Assembly: GCA_043228905.1 (NCBI GenBank)
Contig: JBHGNT010000015.1
Span: forward strand, 16,120,001 to 16,184,000
Source: Azolla caroliniana
Lineage: Eukaryota; Plantae; Polypodiophyta
Length of the DNA stretch: 64,000 nucleotides
Direction of reading: 5' to 3'
In this document: piece by piece, positions 61,428 to 64,000 of the stretch
Layout: each line of letters starts with the position of its first letter
Numbering within the stretch: position 1 is the first letter of the stretch
The notes under the pieces: generated by a model
What the model was told of the DNA's origin: nothing
Databases searched by the model: none
What the model saw: only the letters and a program-made list of their open reading frames with translations
Translations under genes and position numbers: made by a program

Positions 61428-63280
61428 TTACATCCAAGATCGAATACACATTTCAGCTTTGAATGTGTATGAATGTAGTTCGATCTTGTCATCAAAGGTC
61501 ATTTTTACTATTGAATTAGCCTCTTCAGTAGGTACTAATGATGTTGGCATAGCAAGGATAATTACAAGCCACCCTATATAGTTGTGGCGTTGCAAATTTA
61601 TTATCATTCCACCATTATTAAGCATCCTTGTTCGTGCCAACTGAAGAAAGTCTTATAAAGTGCTCTATTTCTGATCATGAATCAGAAACAAGACTTTTAT
61701 TATTTACACCCATTAACCTCCAAATTTTAGAGTTATTATCTTTTGGATGTATCGTGGTTGAAGGTGGTTCGACATCACGTGAGAACGAGTGGTAATGGGA
61801 TTCAATCATGCATTCAACCAACTTAATATCTAACTCTCTTTCTGTATGGTCATTTGGAAGAGGCAAGCTATGTAACAAATAAAAATATTTTTAAACTCAA
61901 ATAAAAAATCAGAAAGCATGACGACAATTGTAAGACATAAAGGTAACCATTCATGGGATCAAGAAACATTGTTATGTGAGATGGAATACTTAATTAAATA
62001 TTGAAAGCAGTTCTCAGTTGCTCTTTGAAGCACCTCTTCTGTGAGTTTAGATGATCCTGTAAGTGAAGTATCTAGAAATTGATTACAATGATTTAGTGAA
62101 CAATTATACGCCAACGATGCTAGTGATAATGTGGGATATCTTGACCCTCTCAAAAAGGTAGAAACCTCTGCATGTGTATCTAGTCATTCTTGCATAACAT
62201 GTATGTGACTCTAATCCCGGCCAAGATATAACCATTGAAATCATTTGAAATTGTTAAAAAAGAAATTGTCAAATTCAATACATCTCTATCCTTGATAGCT
62301 TGCCTAAACATTTCCAAGCTAGAATTCCGTGTTATAACAACATCAAGCATTGGGGGTTCCCTTTCACGATGTTCAACCATCCTAACATACTTCCTAAACA
62401 CTTCCCTTCGAACCTTGCTAGATCTAATAGTATAAGGCATTGTTCTGAACTTTCCTATTGAGGGTGAGATAACCTCTACTGTTGACTTGATGCTCAACTG
62501 AAATGTGTGCACCATACACCTTAACATATGTTATGGAGCCAAAATTTCCTTACCATGTTCATTTTGTAACAACATTCTCAACTCCTTTGCATCCGCTTGT
62601 GCATCACTAGCTCCATAAAAATTTGTAGCAGCTAATAATTGACTAGGAATATAAAAAATCAAAGTTGCTGAAAGAGAGCATGCACACAACGTTTCCTCGA
62701 TCCAAGACCTGGAAATACATGCACAAAATCCAATAGCATTGACCTTAACCATCAAAGTTGTCTCATGACATGCCCAATGAAGTGTCACTCACTAGAAGCC
62801 CTTTAGACTACTATTTGACCAACCATCAAAAGTTATGGAAAATCTTGATTGGCATTTAGATAGCAAATCTATCACTTGATGGCACAACACCACATACATT
62901 TCTAAGATGGAACGTTTAATTGAGGGTCTTGTCTTTACTTGATATCAAGGTACAATTTGTTGTATGAAATCCTTAAATTTAGGCGATTCCACATGTGCAT
63001 GGGGTAATGTTCCCTTCACAATATACTTTGTGATGACACCATCAAATTTCTTCTCTAAAACACAAGATACTCTAACAATCTCAATAGAAGATTGAATGGG
63101 TTGTGATACACCCAAATTTGGGTTTTGAATCGCATGTTAAATGATGCTTTTTTGTTAAATGCTTTGCTATAGTACTTGTGGATGTTGTTGAAGAACAACA
63201 AACATGACAATGATGACGTCTTCGTCGAGGTGTGCCATTATCCATTTAAAATATGATGTGAGCATTTGTCCATGATGTGC
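61428..63280 (-). pseudogene. Decayed hAT-superfamily transposase
   Basis: FSITFDGWSN (catalytic D), LRCMVHTFQL (CxxH), LDVVITRNSS (DVxTRWNS-like) and a C-terminal dimerization-like LAMPTSLVPTEEA...MCIRSW; frameshifted. Confidence 0.8.
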
Positions 63281-64000
63281 ATTGCCTTTTTTTTATATGT
63301 TTGTTGGCCCATGGCTAACATTAATTGAAGATGAGTCCATTGTTACATGAGTTTGAGATGATGATTCCGTTTAATGTTGTTACTATAGAACTCAATTAGC
63401 TCATATCAATCACTTTATGAAGATAATCACTTAAGTTTTATGACATGTTCACAATCCATAATTCTATCTATTTACCTGTACATATATGTACATGCATCAC
63501 TGGCATCTAGCAACATTGGCTATGCACTAAGAGTATGATTTTGTCATGATGCATTGGTGACATTTTCAAGCAATTGTCATAAGGTGTATGCCCACACATG
63601 ATTGGAGGCCATAGGGTATCATCCACCATGCAATTAGATGCAAGATATTGCGCAACCATGTGCGTACTAGTGTGCACATACTTTTTCACCATATGCCCTT
63701 GCAATTTCATCACTTCAGTGAGCACCCTTGGTGAATCCTCAAAGTATTGAGAACAGAGATTTATTGTGTATTTGCTCCCAAAAAACATAAAGAGTAGAGA
63801 AAAGGTAGACATATTGGCCATAATCTCACTCAAATAACACATATAGTTACTCTGTGGGGGATTGCTCTAGGATATTTGGGGAAATTAAGAACTTACAACC
63901 ATATTTTGAGTTGAAATGTGACCTAAATATACATACTACATTGATTACATGAATTTCTTTAGAAACTTTACCCATCCATACTAGTGTTGAAGAAGTTTTG

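Overview
Land-plant nuclear DNA, probably a non-seed plant (inferred from the TE types and long, TE-filled introns). 1-17 kb holds one intact 10-exon minus-strand gene (CDS 16540 to 965, 595 aa) encoding an ESMERALDA1-like GT106/O-fucosyltransferase-family protein. Its first intron has a GC donor, and its introns carry LINE, copia and SINE debris plus a perfect 489-bp tandem duplication. 19.6-59 kb is a nested retrotransposon cluster that can be resolved from target-site duplications (TSDs). It contains a 5'-truncated L1 and a four-deep nest: an old copia C, into which copia A inserted, then a tRNA-Arg-primed gypsy-like element B, then copia D. It also contains two Tork/Tnt1-like copia elements (E, G), two solo LTRs and a fragmented plus-strand L1. 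The most notable element is a very young, intact Ty3/gypsy element F (37267-44598, minus strand). F has a 4-bp TSD, an 18-nt tRNA-Trp PBS, protease in ORF1, a G_GAU_UUU slippery site with a predicted H-type pseudoknot shifting -1 into RT-RH-IN, a fungal Ylt1-like Pol and a tRNA-like Pol III cassette in its LTRs. A decayed hAT transposase ends the window. All homology calls are from motif recognition by eye; no searches were run.
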